A DNA stretch of 64,000 bases from a virus. The notes under the pieces were generated by a model. It searched no databases, was not told the origin of the DNA, and worked only from the letters and a program-made list of their open reading frames with translations. Of the stretch, positions 11,101 through 22,100 are shown piece by piece. The stretch lies in IMG/VR virus record IMGVR_UViG_3300022589_000001; one strand, 5' to 3'. Each line of letters begins with the position of its first letter. Within the stretch, counting starts at the first letter, position 1. The translations under genes and the position numbers were made by a program.

Positions 11101-12856
11101 AAATAATACCAATACATCTAATAGTACATACAAAGAAACCAACAGTCAGATTACAATTCAAGCACTTGACCCATATTTAATTATTAAAACCGAAAACGCA
11201 AAAGAAATTATGCGTATCGGCTCTGAAAAATATTATTTACAATCTGAGGATTTCACTGATAAAGTCGGTGCGAAATTAGATATTGCAAAAGGTATTTTCC
11301 AGGCATATGACGTAGATGGTTCAGGAAACTATATTAAATTAAGTGGTAATGGCAGCCCATTCTTCCAAATTCATGATGCCGCAAAAAGTATAAATATCAT
11401 GTACGCGGGAGAAAGTCAATTTTACTTGCAATCTTCTAATTATAAAGACAAGCAAGGTATGAAGATTGATTTAAATAATGGTACTTTAACTACTTATGAT
11501 AATGAAGGTTCTGGCTCATATGTTAAGATTGATGGTGGCGGCGCACCATTCTTAGCTATTTATGATGCTGAGGCGACAACTACATCTAAATATATTTTAT
11601 ATGCTTCTAAAAGTTCTTATTATATGCAGTCTTCTGATTATGTAGCAGACACAGCTGGAGTTTATATTAACTTTAAAACTGGATATATTAACTCTTATAA
11701 AGGAAGCATTGGTGGTTGGGATATTTATCCTAATTATTTAAAGGGTGGTACTGTAACCCTTAATAAAGATGGCACTATTAGTGGTGGTACCACTTATAAA
11801 TGGTCTATTACATCAGACGGTGAAGCTAATTTTGATTATCTTCATGCAGAGTCCGGTGGGCAGATTGGACCATTCAAAGTTAATGCTACTTGTTTATATA
11901 CTGGAAGTCCAACATTAGGCTCTTCTGGTGTTTATCTTGGAAATGACGGTTTAAGTGTTGGTACTTCTTTTTCTGCCGTAGCTTCTTCTGGTACGGTTAC
12001 TTGTACTAAGCTTATTGCGAAAAAGGAAGGCCAGATTGGACCATTTAATATTTCTGCATCCGGACTTTCTACTGCGGCGACTTCAACATATAGCTTGCGT
12101 GCACGAGCAGCAGGAGGAACAGTAGATTTAACTTCTACTGGTATTAGTGTTAATGGAGATAGCTTTAGTGCTGATACTGCTGGTAATGTTAATCTTAAAG
12201 GAGTTATTGCCGGCAATCTTTGGTCTATTGATGCTGATGGATTAGCACAATTTGAAAATTTACAAGTTACTAAAAAAGGTAAATTTGGACCTTTATTAGT
12301 TGATGGAACTAAAATTAGTGCAGATACAGGATTAATTTTAGAATTAGATCAAGGTTCATCTTCTTTGTATCTAAGTAATACCATGGCAAAGTTAGCAGGA
12401 CCTACTGGATATGTTGCTTTTTTAAGTGATACTGCTTTTATTTATGCTGATAGATTACTATTAAAACAAAATGCAATATTTGAAGCTAATGGTAATTTTA
12501 CAATTGAATGTTCAGGTACTATTAATTTTGATGCTGGTAAAGTAGATTTTAAAGAGGGTGGTTTAACAATCGCTGGTGAATCAGGTATTTCTGCCACTCA
12601 ATTGATTAGAACTTCTGTGTTAGGCCCTCGTGCGAAGTTCCGATTTGTAAATGGTATTTTAGTTGAAGTTGATAAAAATGCAGAAACAGCCGACGGTGAT
12701 GAAAGTGTAGGAAGCTTAGCTACACAAACGTGGGTTACAGAAAATTTTGCAGCAAAAAGTCATAGTCATAGCGGTTATGCTTCATCAAGTCATAGTCATT
12801 CTCAGTATTGTACAGCAGACGAAGTTGAAGATATGATTAACGCCGCTTTGAAATAA
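8189..12856 (+). CDS. Large tail-tip/baseplate fibre protein of about 1555 aa. It has tandem roughly 55-aa beta-repeats and a duplicated GQIGPF motif. The C-terminus carries HSHSGYASSSHSHS, a His-x-His metal-binding-like motif.
   Basis: The ORF track starts at 8078, inside the terminator hairpin. The start at ATG 8189 is preferred because it has the RBS agaaaggagg 8 nt upstream. Repeats are visible at protein and DNA level (ggccagattggaccatt occurs twice, at about 11860 and about 12030). The gene lies immediately after the tape-measure gene. Confidence 0.8.
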   Translation: MKDISESLFQAVDIIMSAKLHDLKYDKTIICTIEDDTNKEKGEYICSDGSSKFIAYSDVTTYKNGISVYVTVPDGDYNNRKIIIGRYVEDNGEYYTYRAPFEDYIDITENLIEDDLPATGLLANGSLKEKVLWMRDFEKERDASGDENYVGIGKGYKVLGLNAKFKSWLAALAPVVGSYGLRIDLVGRQTNTAKTEATEKYYSFYLTTDDMFGNVYNFETYYSQEKIFDISMIDEIARMQLVFYQDANFATAAGIPIPTTQGNIPLTDNIFVKEPFVSLGYSLSDFAEDALLLYSFDSLTYTPQASSEQNTKRLKARWIHFDEEGQVIAIDKENEIPADAKLHWYKFNLTEGVTDTLAGNFWEELPDQLNKLSYKFVPDISKQNEKYKIIVETPNLELIQTEIDDGFTELEAKRDEYKTEEDFEKAKTEFELQQLARVNYYYSEVFTFENEVACVNDATVDLIQALQIVCDPKEDGGLQGNYCIYDMTNELLNPTEGKKVRKLEATYKSLVTGEPSLDKAASITWKIPISNTMIYPPEEGVEYFTEVDEESGAVPDEISGDGNFFYITRMGTENYDLTPEEEAEGLQIEVLQNFRIKSYYTQSATNNTIYCSVVKNNRTYEASVSLAFGPMGTNGTDSTLILSLDKNAAAIKPGETLNVNANLYDYENNELEITDITWSWWSYDNNIGLTNTRSNPCTIKASAIEGIKIYHNILKAVVKHNDVMLEAYLPIPVKSSDNVKYAELPNRVVYDAGGSNAAYYKNPLRVIKTEDDSQFDGFWDVVLTDYTEANRKYYPVVKETEDGVKFIPTSMFFNDLDKGVTLIFETADMKEWWYQPILIIQNRWPSAMLNSWDGSLTIDEENGTILSTMVGAGKKESDNTFTGVLMGDVETGSGDKTIKKTGVYGYNHGMQSFGFMDDGKAFIGKTGKGRIEFDGNHGWIQSMSYSLNKTGMRIDLDDGIIDIRGAKKLTENNTNTSNSTYKETNSQITIQALDPYLIIKTENAKEIMRIGSEKYYLQSEDFTDKVGAKLDIAKGIFQAYDVDGSGNYIKLSGNGSPFFQIHDAAKSINIMYAGESQFYLQSSNYKDKQGMKIDLNNGTLTTYDNEGSGSYVKIDGGGAPFLAIYDAEATTTSKYILYASKSSYYMQSSDYVADTAGVYINFKTGYINSYKGSIGGWDIYPNYLKGGTVTLNKDGTISGGTTYKWSITSDGEANFDYLHAESGGQIGPFKVNATCLYTGSPTLGSSGVYLGNDGLSVGTSFSAVASSGTVTCTKLIAKKEGQIGPFNISASGLSTAATSTYSLRARAAGGTVDLTSTGISVNGDSFSADTAGNVNLKGVIAGNLWSIDADGLAQFENLQVTKKGKFGPLLVDGTKISADTGLILELDQGSSSLYLSNTMAKLAGPTGYVAFLSDTAFIYADRLLLKQNAIFEANGNFTIECSGTINFDAGKVDFKEGGLTIAGESGISATQLIRTSVLGPRAKFRFVNGILVEVDKNAETADGDESVGSLATQTWVTENFAAKSHSHSGYASSSHSHSQYCTADEVEDMINAALK
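11231..11700 (+). repeat. About 3 tandem intragenic repeats of roughly 165 nt. They encode YLQS(E/S)D(F/Y)...GSG.Y(I/V)K(L/I).G.G(S/A)PF..I(H/Y)DA units.
   Basis: Seen in the protein-level periodicity of the translated ORF. Coordinates are approximate. Confidence 0.6.
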
Positions 12857-12882
12857 ATATATTATAAAGGAGATAAAGGATT

Positions 12883-13281
12883 ATGTTAATTCGTAAAGAA
12901 ATGGCAAATATTGAAATTTACAATATTGCAAACGCTCTTTTAGAGGTTTTCAATGAAGATGTACATCTCCCTGTTAAAGTAAATTTCTATTTACAGAAAA
13001 ACATCGGCCGCATGGTCGAAATGGCAAAAGATATTGACAAAGCTCGTATGGAGATTGTTAGAAAATATGGTGAGCCTCTTGAAGAAGACCCAAATCAGTT
13101 CAAGATTGACCCTGAGAAGGTTGATGATGCAAACAAGGAGATTCAGGACCTATTCTCTTTGAAACAAGAGGTTAAGATTAATACCATTTTACTTGAAGCG
13201 TTTGACGATGTTGATTTAACAAGTCAGCAGGTTGGCGCAATCATGTTTATGATTCAGGACGACGAAGAAGATAAGGAGTAA
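12883..13281 (+). CDS. Hypothetical small structural/assembly protein of 132 aa with an acidic C-terminus.
   Basis: The ORF has the RBS aaaggagataaagga upstream and is tightly packed between tail genes. Confidence 0.6.
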   Translation: MLIRKEMANIEIYNIANALLEVFNEDVHLPVKVNFYLQKNIGRMVEMAKDIDKARMEIVRKYGEPLEEDPNQFKIDPEKVDDANKEIQDLFSLKQEVKINTILLEAFDDVDLTSQQVGAIMFMIQDDEEDKE

Positions 13282-13286
13282 AGGCT

Positions 13287-16037
13287 ATGGCAGTAAAGTT
13301 GTATCCCCCTGTAATAGAGGGAGCACTTCCAGCCTTCTATGGGACTGAGACTCTCTCAGTCCCATTTTCTATGAATCGAGCTGTTGGAGTTAGTGAAGTA
13401 GCTGGATTTGCTTTAAAAATCAAAACAGTTGGTGGTGTTTATGTCACAACTCTCAAGACAGTTGATACCTCTGATTTTGACCTACTTGATAGTACGATAG
13501 TTTCATTTGATATTTCAGGATTGGATAAACCTTTTACTGTTGGTCAATATTACAAAGTTCAGCTCGCTTATATTGACAAGGATAATCAAGTCGGTTTTTA
13601 CTCAACTGTTGGTGTAATTAAATATACAACTAAACCAACTGTAACTCTTCAGAATTTTAAATTCGGACAAATTAACCAGCATAATTATTCTTATGTTGGA
13701 CTATATAGCCAAGAGGGTGCTACTACTCTTGAAGATGGTCGTGTTGTAAAGCGTGATTCTACTGAGAAAATGTATTCCTGTAGATTTACAATTCAAGATG
13801 ACCAAGGTAATTATGTGTATGATAGTGGAGAGATTATCCATAAGACTATTGAAGATGATGTATCTTATGAATCACATGAGTCTTGTTTGATTTCTCAAGA
13901 TTTGGATATTAACCGCTCTTATTATGCACGCTTCTGGGTTAAGACTATTAATGGTCTCGAAGAAGCTTCTCAGAAATATCGTGTAATGCAGAGACGTTCT
14001 ATTAGTCCTGAGATTACAGTAGAACTTAAGGCTGAATTAGATTATGACAATGGTTTCATCAATATTAGAATTATTGATGTTCCACCAAAAGACCCAGTTA
14101 TTTCTGGTACTTTCTTAATCTCTCGTGCGGCAAGTAATACAGGATATGTATGGGAAGAATTTAGACGTTTTGACTTACAATCTATGATTCCAGATAAATG
14201 GAGTGCGGTAGATTGTACAATTGAACAAGGCGTTACTTATAAGTATTCTTTGCAGCAATATAATGCTAATAAGATTTACTCTGATAGAATCATTTCTAAT
14301 GCAGTATATGCGGATTTCGAAGATGCGTTCCTTTATGATGGGAGCAAGCAACTCAAGATTCGATTTAATCCTAAAGTGTCAAGCTTTAAGAATACAGTAT
14401 TAGAAACCAAGGTGGATACTATTGGTAGTCAACATCCATTCATTCTTAGAAATGGAAACGTAAACTATCGAGAATTTCCAATCTCTGGGCTAATTTCTTA
14501 TCAAATGGACGACAGTCATATGTTCATGTCCAAGGAAGACCTTGCCCTTACTGAAAAATCGTTTGATTTAACAAGTGATAATATTAAAACAGAAAGAATA
14601 TTTAAGTTGAAAGCATTAGAATGGCTTACGAACGGAAAAGCCAAACTCTTCCGCTCTCCGACCGAAGGTAATTATATTGTTCGCTTGATGAATAGCTCAT
14701 TGACTCCGAACGATACGGTCGGCCGCATGCTTCATACATTTAACTGTACTGCATACGAAATTGCGAAATGCACAACTGAAAACTTAGAATATTATGGACT
14801 TATTGATGCGACAGAGAACCTTACAGCACAGACTCGTTGGGTTACTGTTGACATTCAGAAGTTTGCACAAACTGCAATTGGTGAACCAAACGATTTAATC
14901 ACATTAAATGATAAACAATTTTATTCTGTATCATTAACTGATATGATGCCAGGCACTTTGATTTACATTGATGGCATTAGTATTCAGATTGGCGCTACTG
15001 GGGCTTACGCAGTTTCAAGTGAAACTCCTTTTACAAAAATCCAAATTGCCAAGAAAGATATGATGCAAGGATTGGTAACTTATAGTTACAAATCTAAGGT
15101 GGCTAATGTGTTCGGTATGATTGAAGAAGTCCATATTGAGGATGTGCCTATCCAGCAATATGTTGGAGGATTCCCATATAATGGACCAGGTCTTCGAAAC
15201 TATTTAGCTTCTTTAGAAGATATAAAAACAGAAGTCTTACATATTGCATTTATGCGTTTTACTAAGCGTGAAGCAAGAGATATTTTTATGGATATTAAAT
15301 ATCAAGACTATATCGAAAGAGGAGATTCTGTATTTATGGTTACATCTGACAATCCTTTGAAGTTTTATACTGATATGGATTGTTTGAATCCTATTGAACC
15401 AGCTGATTTAGACCCATTATGTTTATACCAGATTCGTTTCAGAAGAACTGACTATAGATACTATTATGAAAATAAAAAAGACCCAAGTGTCTATTTAGAA
15501 CCTTTTATTAAAGAAGACCATTTGGTTGATAGAACTTCTCCTTACTTTGCCCCTTATGCTCCGGTTTATTTCGACCCTATTACAATTAGCATCCATCCTA
15601 TCAATGAAAATATTTATGATATTGTAATTGATGGTGAAAGGGTAAATATTGCAGAAACAGGACATTTTGAAATTTCTGATATGCAAGAAAGAAAACCAGA
15701 TGTAAGACTTTATCCAGGTATTATTACTGAGATTAGCTATTCTAAACAAATTATTACTTATTCATTTGAAACAAGTGATGAAGCTGTAAAAACAGCAAAA
15801 AATAGTTATCTTTCAGCATATAATCAATACCAGAGTGATTGGTGTGGAGGTAAAGCGGCTGTAGTTAAATTGCCAGTTCCACCTAACTCACCAACTTCTT
15901 TAAATGATACTCAATTAAGTATGTATAGAAACCAAGTTAAAATGATGGAGAATTTAACTAAGAATACCTATTCATCTTTCATTTCTCAGTTAAATAGAGC
16001 CATTAGAGAATACAAGGAGGCGAATGGTATAGTATGA
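13287..16037 (+). CDS. Tail/baseplate structural protein of 916 aa. It could be a distal-tail-protein-like component.
   Basis: A long ORF 5 nt after the previous stop. Its stop overlaps the next start in an ATGA arrangement. Confidence 0.75.
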   Translation: MAVKLYPPVIEGALPAFYGTETLSVPFSMNRAVGVSEVAGFALKIKTVGGVYVTTLKTVDTSDFDLLDSTIVSFDISGLDKPFTVGQYYKVQLAYIDKDNQVGFYSTVGVIKYTTKPTVTLQNFKFGQINQHNYSYVGLYSQEGATTLEDGRVVKRDSTEKMYSCRFTIQDDQGNYVYDSGEIIHKTIEDDVSYESHESCLISQDLDINRSYYARFWVKTINGLEEASQKYRVMQRRSISPEITVELKAELDYDNGFINIRIIDVPPKDPVISGTFLISRAASNTGYVWEEFRRFDLQSMIPDKWSAVDCTIEQGVTYKYSLQQYNANKIYSDRIISNAVYADFEDAFLYDGSKQLKIRFNPKVSSFKNTVLETKVDTIGSQHPFILRNGNVNYREFPISGLISYQMDDSHMFMSKEDLALTEKSFDLTSDNIKTERIFKLKALEWLTNGKAKLFRSPTEGNYIVRLMNSSLTPNDTVGRMLHTFNCTAYEIAKCTTENLEYYGLIDATENLTAQTRWVTVDIQKFAQTAIGEPNDLITLNDKQFYSVSLTDMMPGTLIYIDGISIQIGATGAYAVSSETPFTKIQIAKKDMMQGLVTYSYKSKVANVFGMIEEVHIEDVPIQQYVGGFPYNGPGLRNYLASLEDIKTEVLHIAFMRFTKREARDIFMDIKYQDYIERGDSVFMVTSDNPLKFYTDMDCLNPIEPADLDPLCLYQIRFRRTDYRYYYENKKDPSVYLEPFIKEDHLVDRTSPYFAPYAPVYFDPITISIHPINENIYDIVIDGERVNIAETGHFEISDMQERKPDVRLYPGIITEISYSKQIITYSFETSDEAVKTAKNSYLSAYNQYQSDWCGGKAAVVKLPVPPNSPTSLNDTQLSMYRNQVKMMENLTKNTYSSFISQLNRAIREYKEANGIV

Positions 16038-18790
16038 CAAACCCTTTGTTAGACAAAGAGTTCTTGAGATTATTAGACCAGCAGAAAGAAAGAGAAATTT
16101 TCGCCCGTGTAGTATCATTAAATTTTAAAGAGGAACCCTTGGAAGAAATTACTGGTAGAGTAACCCAGGGTTCCGTGAATATTGATGGCAATTCTGCGGT
16201 CAGACGCACCTGTTCGGTTAGTATGGTCGCAGAAGAGCTCAACATTCATGATTATTATTGGGGATTAAATACAAAATTTGAACTTTATGTTGGTTTAACT
16301 AATGATATTGAACCCAAATATCCAGATATTATCTGGTTCCCGCAGGGAACATTTTTAATCTCCTCATTTAACACTTCTCAAAGTGTAAGTAACTATTCTA
16401 TTTCTTTACAAGGTAAAGATAAGATGTGTATGCTAAATGGAGAGATTGGTGGTACTGTGACTGCGCTTTCCGTTGATTTCGGTCAGGTTGATCTGGTTCA
16501 AGAGGACGGAAGTATTATTACAGAAAAATATTTATTGAAAGATATTATTCGTGATGCAGTTCACACCTATGCGCAAGAGCCATATCAAAATATTATTATT
16601 AATGACTTGGATGAGGCTGGCGCAGAATTAATGGAGTATAGAGGAGAAACTCCAATGTATTTCCTTGTTAATAATGACACTCATGAAGTAACCAATATGA
16701 CTATGAATGGTGAACAAGGTGGTTATTATTATCAGAAATACGATAAAGAACAGGGAAAATATTTAGATTGGTCTACAGATACGATTGCTATTGGTAGTCT
16801 TGATGATTCTGAATATGATAATCGTACAGATTACCTTGACGTAGATACCTATCCAACTTATGTACGCACGACTGATGAGAATGGTAACATCACTGGAACT
16901 TATACTGTTATTCGTGCAACAGATGGTATGACTATTGGCTATCGCTTAATCGGTCTTACTTATGCAGGAGATTTAGTAATTCAAGTTGGCGGTACTGTTA
17001 CTCAAATGCTTGATAAGATTAAATCTATGCTTGGTGATTTTGAATATTTTTATGACCTTCAAGGTCATTTTGTATTCCAAAGAAAAAGAACTTTTATTAA
17101 TCAATCTTGGAATAATATTGCTCGCAATACAGACAGCGAAACTTATGTAGACCCAGTTGCTCTTACTTCCGGTGTAAGTTATAACTTTGAAAATAGTAAT
17201 ATTATTACTTCTTTTGCAAATGCTCCTAACTTAGCAAATCTTAAAAATGATTTCTCAATTTGGGGCGCACGTAAGTCTACTACTGGGCAAGAGATTCCAA
17301 TTCATTTACGTTATGCGATTGATAAGAAACCGACTTATTATAAAAGTTTTAGTGGTCAAGTATACACAACAAATATGGATTTGGTAAAATATGATAAAGC
17401 TCCCGTACCGCAGGGCCTTTCTGATGATTGGTGGGAAGTAAGAGACTGGGCTGAATATTACCATCTTTTGACAGGCGATTATCCAAACGATGTTATGAGT
17501 AATTATATTACTGAATACACTTATTTGGATTTGCAAGCTTTATTCCCTGGTGGTGTTACTTGGGATAAAAATAGACCAGTTTTCTTATTCGACGTAACTG
17601 CGCTTGGTGCTCTTTCTTATACAGGTCATAATCCTATGAGAGAACCTGTTACTTACGCACCATGCGGCCACAGTTATAGTTATTTTATCAACAACGCAAA
17701 TCAAAAAGGTATTTTATCTTATTTTTATAAGCCAAGGATTCCAGATGGCGTTGTCTATACTAAAGAAGTGGATTGGCGAGAGATTATTTATCAGATGGCT
17801 CTTGATTATATGGACCATCAAGGAGAAGATGATTTCTTGTTAAAACTTGCTGAAAATAATCGTGATGGTGAAACTGGTGAAAGCTATTACCCAGATGGAT
17901 ATACTGGCTATGAGCAGTATTATGCTGATATTTTAGGATTTTGGAGAAATCTTTATAATCCCACTTATCTTAGCTCTTATGAAACTGCTTATTTAACTAA
18001 AAGTAAATATAATGCCAATCCAACAAATTATTATGTTCCAGTACAGTGTACTGGAACTGATAAATTTGATAAAAATAAAGCTTATGTAAAGAAGATTGTT
18101 TTTGGCTCATATGAACCTGTTGAGTTAAGTGAAGAAAATTATAATAATATTAAAGATATTTCAATTTTCTATTATTTAAAACAATGCACTAAAAATATGG
18201 CATATGACCCTAAGCAATTATATTTTGTTAAGGTTACTGGAGAATATGACACAGAAAGCGGATGGCATACAACAGTATTGGAGTCTCCAGAATTACTCAA
18301 TTTCTGGTTCGATTTTTTAGATGCTCGTGATGGTCAACTTGCTAACTATGCAGTCTATAATGTTGGTAATAGGCCAAAATCCGAAAATGACTCTAATGTA
18401 AAAGCCATTTATTTTAGAGATACTCCAAACGTGATTTTTGTAGATTCTACAGTCTCAGATGATGAAATGGGAGAAATGCATGAACAAAAACCTGGTTATA
18501 CTTTTATTAAACTTCCTACTGTAATGGAGAATTTGTTTACTATTAGTTCTCAAGGTAAATCTGCATTTGACCAATTAAACTCTCATTTATATAATTATGC
18601 TTACTGTACAGAATCCATTACAGTCAATGCATTACCAGTTTATTATCTTGAACCAAATACTCGTATATTTGTAAAAGATGAAAACAGTGGTATTGAGGGA
18701 GAGTATATTATAAATCGAATTTCGATTCCTTTGCAATATCAAGGAACGATGTCAATTTCTGCTACCAAAGTAGTGGAGAGATTATATTAA
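16034..18790 (+). CDS. Tail/baseplate structural protein of 918 aa. The N-terminus resembles the start of siphophage tail-associated lysin/endopeptidase (Tal)-type baseplate hub proteins.
   Basis: Its ATG overlaps the upstream TGA (ATGA coupling). The N-terminal motif MTNPLLDKEFLRLLDQQKEREIFARV...GRVTQGSVNIDGNSAVRRTCSVSM was read from the translation. Family assignment is from memory only. Confidence 0.7.
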   Translation: MTNPLLDKEFLRLLDQQKEREIFARVVSLNFKEEPLEEITGRVTQGSVNIDGNSAVRRTCSVSMVAEELNIHDYYWGLNTKFELYVGLTNDIEPKYPDIIWFPQGTFLISSFNTSQSVSNYSISLQGKDKMCMLNGEIGGTVTALSVDFGQVDLVQEDGSIITEKYLLKDIIRDAVHTYAQEPYQNIIINDLDEAGAELMEYRGETPMYFLVNNDTHEVTNMTMNGEQGGYYYQKYDKEQGKYLDWSTDTIAIGSLDDSEYDNRTDYLDVDTYPTYVRTTDENGNITGTYTVIRATDGMTIGYRLIGLTYAGDLVIQVGGTVTQMLDKIKSMLGDFEYFYDLQGHFVFQRKRTFINQSWNNIARNTDSETYVDPVALTSGVSYNFENSNIITSFANAPNLANLKNDFSIWGARKSTTGQEIPIHLRYAIDKKPTYYKSFSGQVYTTNMDLVKYDKAPVPQGLSDDWWEVRDWAEYYHLLTGDYPNDVMSNYITEYTYLDLQALFPGGVTWDKNRPVFLFDVTALGALSYTGHNPMREPVTYAPCGHSYSYFINNANQKGILSYFYKPRIPDGVVYTKEVDWREIIYQMALDYMDHQGEDDFLLKLAENNRDGETGESYYPDGYTGYEQYYADILGFWRNLYNPTYLSSYETAYLTKSKYNANPTNYYVPVQCTGTDKFDKNKAYVKKIVFGSYEPVELSEENYNNIKDISIFYYLKQCTKNMAYDPKQLYFVKVTGEYDTESGWHTTVLESPELLNFWFDFLDARDGQLANYAVYNVGNRPKSENDSNVKAIYFRDTPNVIFVDSTVSDDEMGEMHEQKPGYTFIKLPTVMENLFTISSQGKSAFDQLNSHLYNYAYCTESITVNALPVYYLEPNTRIFVKDENSGIEGEYIINRISIPLQYQGTMSISATKVVERLY

Positions 18791-18804
18791 GGAGGATAAG
18801 GAGA

Positions 18805-19182
18805 ATGGCGAATAGAATTAAACAATTCCGCTATTATAATGACACAGCTGATGGCGTGTCTAAAAATCAGCCTGCCCAGGTAGTTGGCGAAGATGGCGGA
18901 TTAATAGATACTACATACCAGCACTATGTTTCTGGCCTTGTCTTTGGAGATAATTTCCCGGTTCTCCAGTTGGGAATTCAAGCCCTTCCTGGAACTAAGT
19001 TTAAGTTAAATAATGCTGTTGACCCGATTATCATCGGGTTGACAGGCATTTATGAATTAGACTTGGTTGGACAAACAGAAATTACAGCGATTCAATTTGA
19101 TGCAGATTCAATGGTTAATATCAATAATAATAATAATGCTTACTTGATTGTAGACATTATTTATGATGATGGAAAGGAGTAA
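18805..19182 (+). CDS. Small baseplate/tail component of 125 aa, function hypothetical.
   Basis: The ORF has the RBS aaggaggataaggag upstream and sits in the structural operon. Confidence 0.6.
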   Translation: MANRIKQFRYYNDTADGVSKNQPAQVVGEDGGLIDTTYQHYVSGLVFGDNFPVLQLGIQALPGTKFKLNNAVDPIIIGLTGIYELDLVGQTEITAIQFDADSMVNINNNNNAYLIVDIIYDDGKE

Positions 19183-19188
19183 TGATAT

Positions 19189-22100
19189 ATGGGATTTTAT
19201 GGTAACATAACCAATACATCAAAAACTACTTTCCAGTTTGATAAAACCTATGCGAATCGCAATCAGATGCAAATGAACGCAGGTAACGATGGTGTTTATC
19301 CAGGCCGATTTGTATTGGTTGATTATGATACAACAATCAATAATGATTATTTCTATAAGCCAGATCCAACAGACCCAACCAGTCAGTGTTGGATGTATGA
19401 CGGACAGGTGTATACTGGTGCTCCTAAGTCAATGGACATTAATGGTACAGTCGTTTATACTGCTGCTCCTGAAGCGCCAACAAAAATCACTGCGTCCGCA
19501 GGATTTTCAAAAGGTAGATGTGTTGCAGTTCCTGTAGGACAGAGAATTTCAAATATCAGCCAAAATTCAATTTATTATAGAATTACTGGTAAAACCGAAA
19601 CTGGTTATCAGGCTATGAAAGTAACTCAAACTGAATATGAAGCCTTCATGAAGAGATATGAAGAAGATAATGAAGATGCAGTTACTTATTATCCAGTTAC
19701 TTTATTTGACTTTGAGTATGAGCCAAATGTTTATTATACCACAGCAGATGGCGTAGTTTTTGAAAAAGCAACTGGCCAATGGGTGGAAACCCAAACTTAT
19801 TATGAAAGAGTTATTAGCCAAGACTTATTCATCTATATTATTGGTAACTCTGCGTCTGACGCAGTTTTAAATTCTACTTGGGTAACCTCTGAAGAGTTAG
19901 AAGTTAACAATATTTATCATGTTAAAAAGGGCCATTCCTACAATATCAACTCTAAATATGTTGAATATTGGGTTTTAACAAAAGAAACTGATGAGCTTGC
20001 TTGGTCTGCCGCAGCAGATGATGCTTCTACATATACATTAAACGCAAGTATTGACCGTTTAGTTTATGGAAGTGGACGTGGGTACGATTCTACTGTATGG
20101 CAGAAAGTTATTAGAAACGGTCGTGACACCTATGTAATGATTGCTGAATTAAATTCAGTAGTTCCTACATTTGACATTGCCGCAGACGCGCCTACTACAG
20201 TTCCTTTAGTTCCTCACTTTGACAAAGACAGTACAAATGTTTATTATAAACTTCATGTTCAACCAGGTTGGGCTATTAGAACAAAAGCGCAAAGAAATGA
20301 TTTACAAGGTCCAGCAATTGATAGAACTGGTGCGATGGGAGGACAGCATTCATTAACAATTGATGAAATCTATTATCCTTCTGACCAATTAACAAGTTGG
20401 AATAGTAAATTATATAATTCCGCAAATGGAACAGAAAAAACTGTTTATTATAATCCTAATACAGGAACATGGGATGCTACGGAATCTCCTGAAGACCAAA
20501 CTTTCGGCGCAGCTATTTACTATAATAAAGCAGGTTTTAATCCAAGTTTAATTAGTAAGAGTGCCGATCTTATTGCAGAAGGTAAACCAAGTTTCAATGA
20601 AATTGTGGCTAAAAGTGGCTGGACTCCAGAAGATAGAATTGAATTGAAGCCTACTGGTTTAAGCGGTAAGAGATATGATACTCATAACGCTTCTGTTGAT
20701 GACCAGATGCAGGTGGATACTCAAGAGTTTTCAATTATGTTACCTTCTCTTGGTGACGCAGTATCTCGTATGTGGGATATGGTGTTTGGTGGTCGTGAGA
20801 CTAATGACATTATTCGCCAAACAAGCGTACGTAATGAAGATATTAAATGGGAAAATGCTCGTGGTGGATTGAATAGAAACGGTTTGCGTATGGTAAGTAC
20901 CCAAGATGGAAATGCTTACAATACAGCTGAAGCCGAAACTCTTGCAGGATGTATTAACTCTGTTCATGACTTGATGGGTATGATTATCACTCCTGAGTCT
21001 TGTATTACTCTTGGTGATAATATCGACCTTTTAAATATGGATAGAATTTACTTTGTAACTCCTGACCCAACTCTTGAGATTGACCCAGAAGACCCATGGA
21101 TTTCAGACATGGTTAAAAAGGTTGCTAAGTATCAGAATTCTTATGTAAGAAAATATTTGACATATGAATACACTCCTGTTACTGATGAAATTTTTGATTT
21201 CAAGCCAACTCAACCAGAATCAGAAGACTTTGATATTTCTGATTATTATGTACTTGAGAATGGTGTATATAGACAAGCAACTGAAGCTGATAGAGGTAAA
21301 ACTCTTTACAAGAAAGTTATTGCTGAAACAGCAACTTTTGACCCAGCAGGATTAACTCCTTTCGATGGAAGTAAGTATTTCTATCAGGATTTCACTTCAA
21401 GTGGAAATATGACTGATATAAATAGTGACATTCCAGAGATTTGGTTGAAAGACTATGTTCGTGATGAAGTATATCATCCAGGACATAAGTATTTCACAAT
21501 TGATGAAGAGAATGACCTTGAAGAGCGCCCTTTAAGTGGTGCATATGTACAGAATACTTACTATTATAAACAAAACGGTTCTTATTTGCTTGATTCAGCA
21601 CTTGCACCAACCTTAAATAGAACTTACTATAAAATCGACAATAATAGAGTATTTGATATTTCAAATGATAAAGCTGGCGGTTATGATGGACTTTATGTTC
21701 CAGGTAAGTACTATTATTTAGACCCAGATACTGGCGAATATAGAATCGATAATGAGCCAGAAGGAAAATATTTCGGTAATCAGAAAGCTGGACATTTTGC
21801 AATTAAGCAAGATAGCCAAGAATCTGATAAACCATTATACATTCAAGAAACTCACTATCCACCAATTTCTTATGAAGAAATTCTTGAAGATGGTTTTGAT
21901 TACGACCTTTATATTTATGATGATGGTGAAGGTGTTTATAAATTATACACTGAAGAAATCATTAATCCAGATTTAGATTACTTCTTGAGAGAAATTCGTC
22001 TTGTTCCTACTACTGGACATTTGGTAATTGAACCTACTCCATTAAGATTGGCGCTCTATCAAGAAGATACTTTCTACTTTAAAGAATATAACGACGATGG

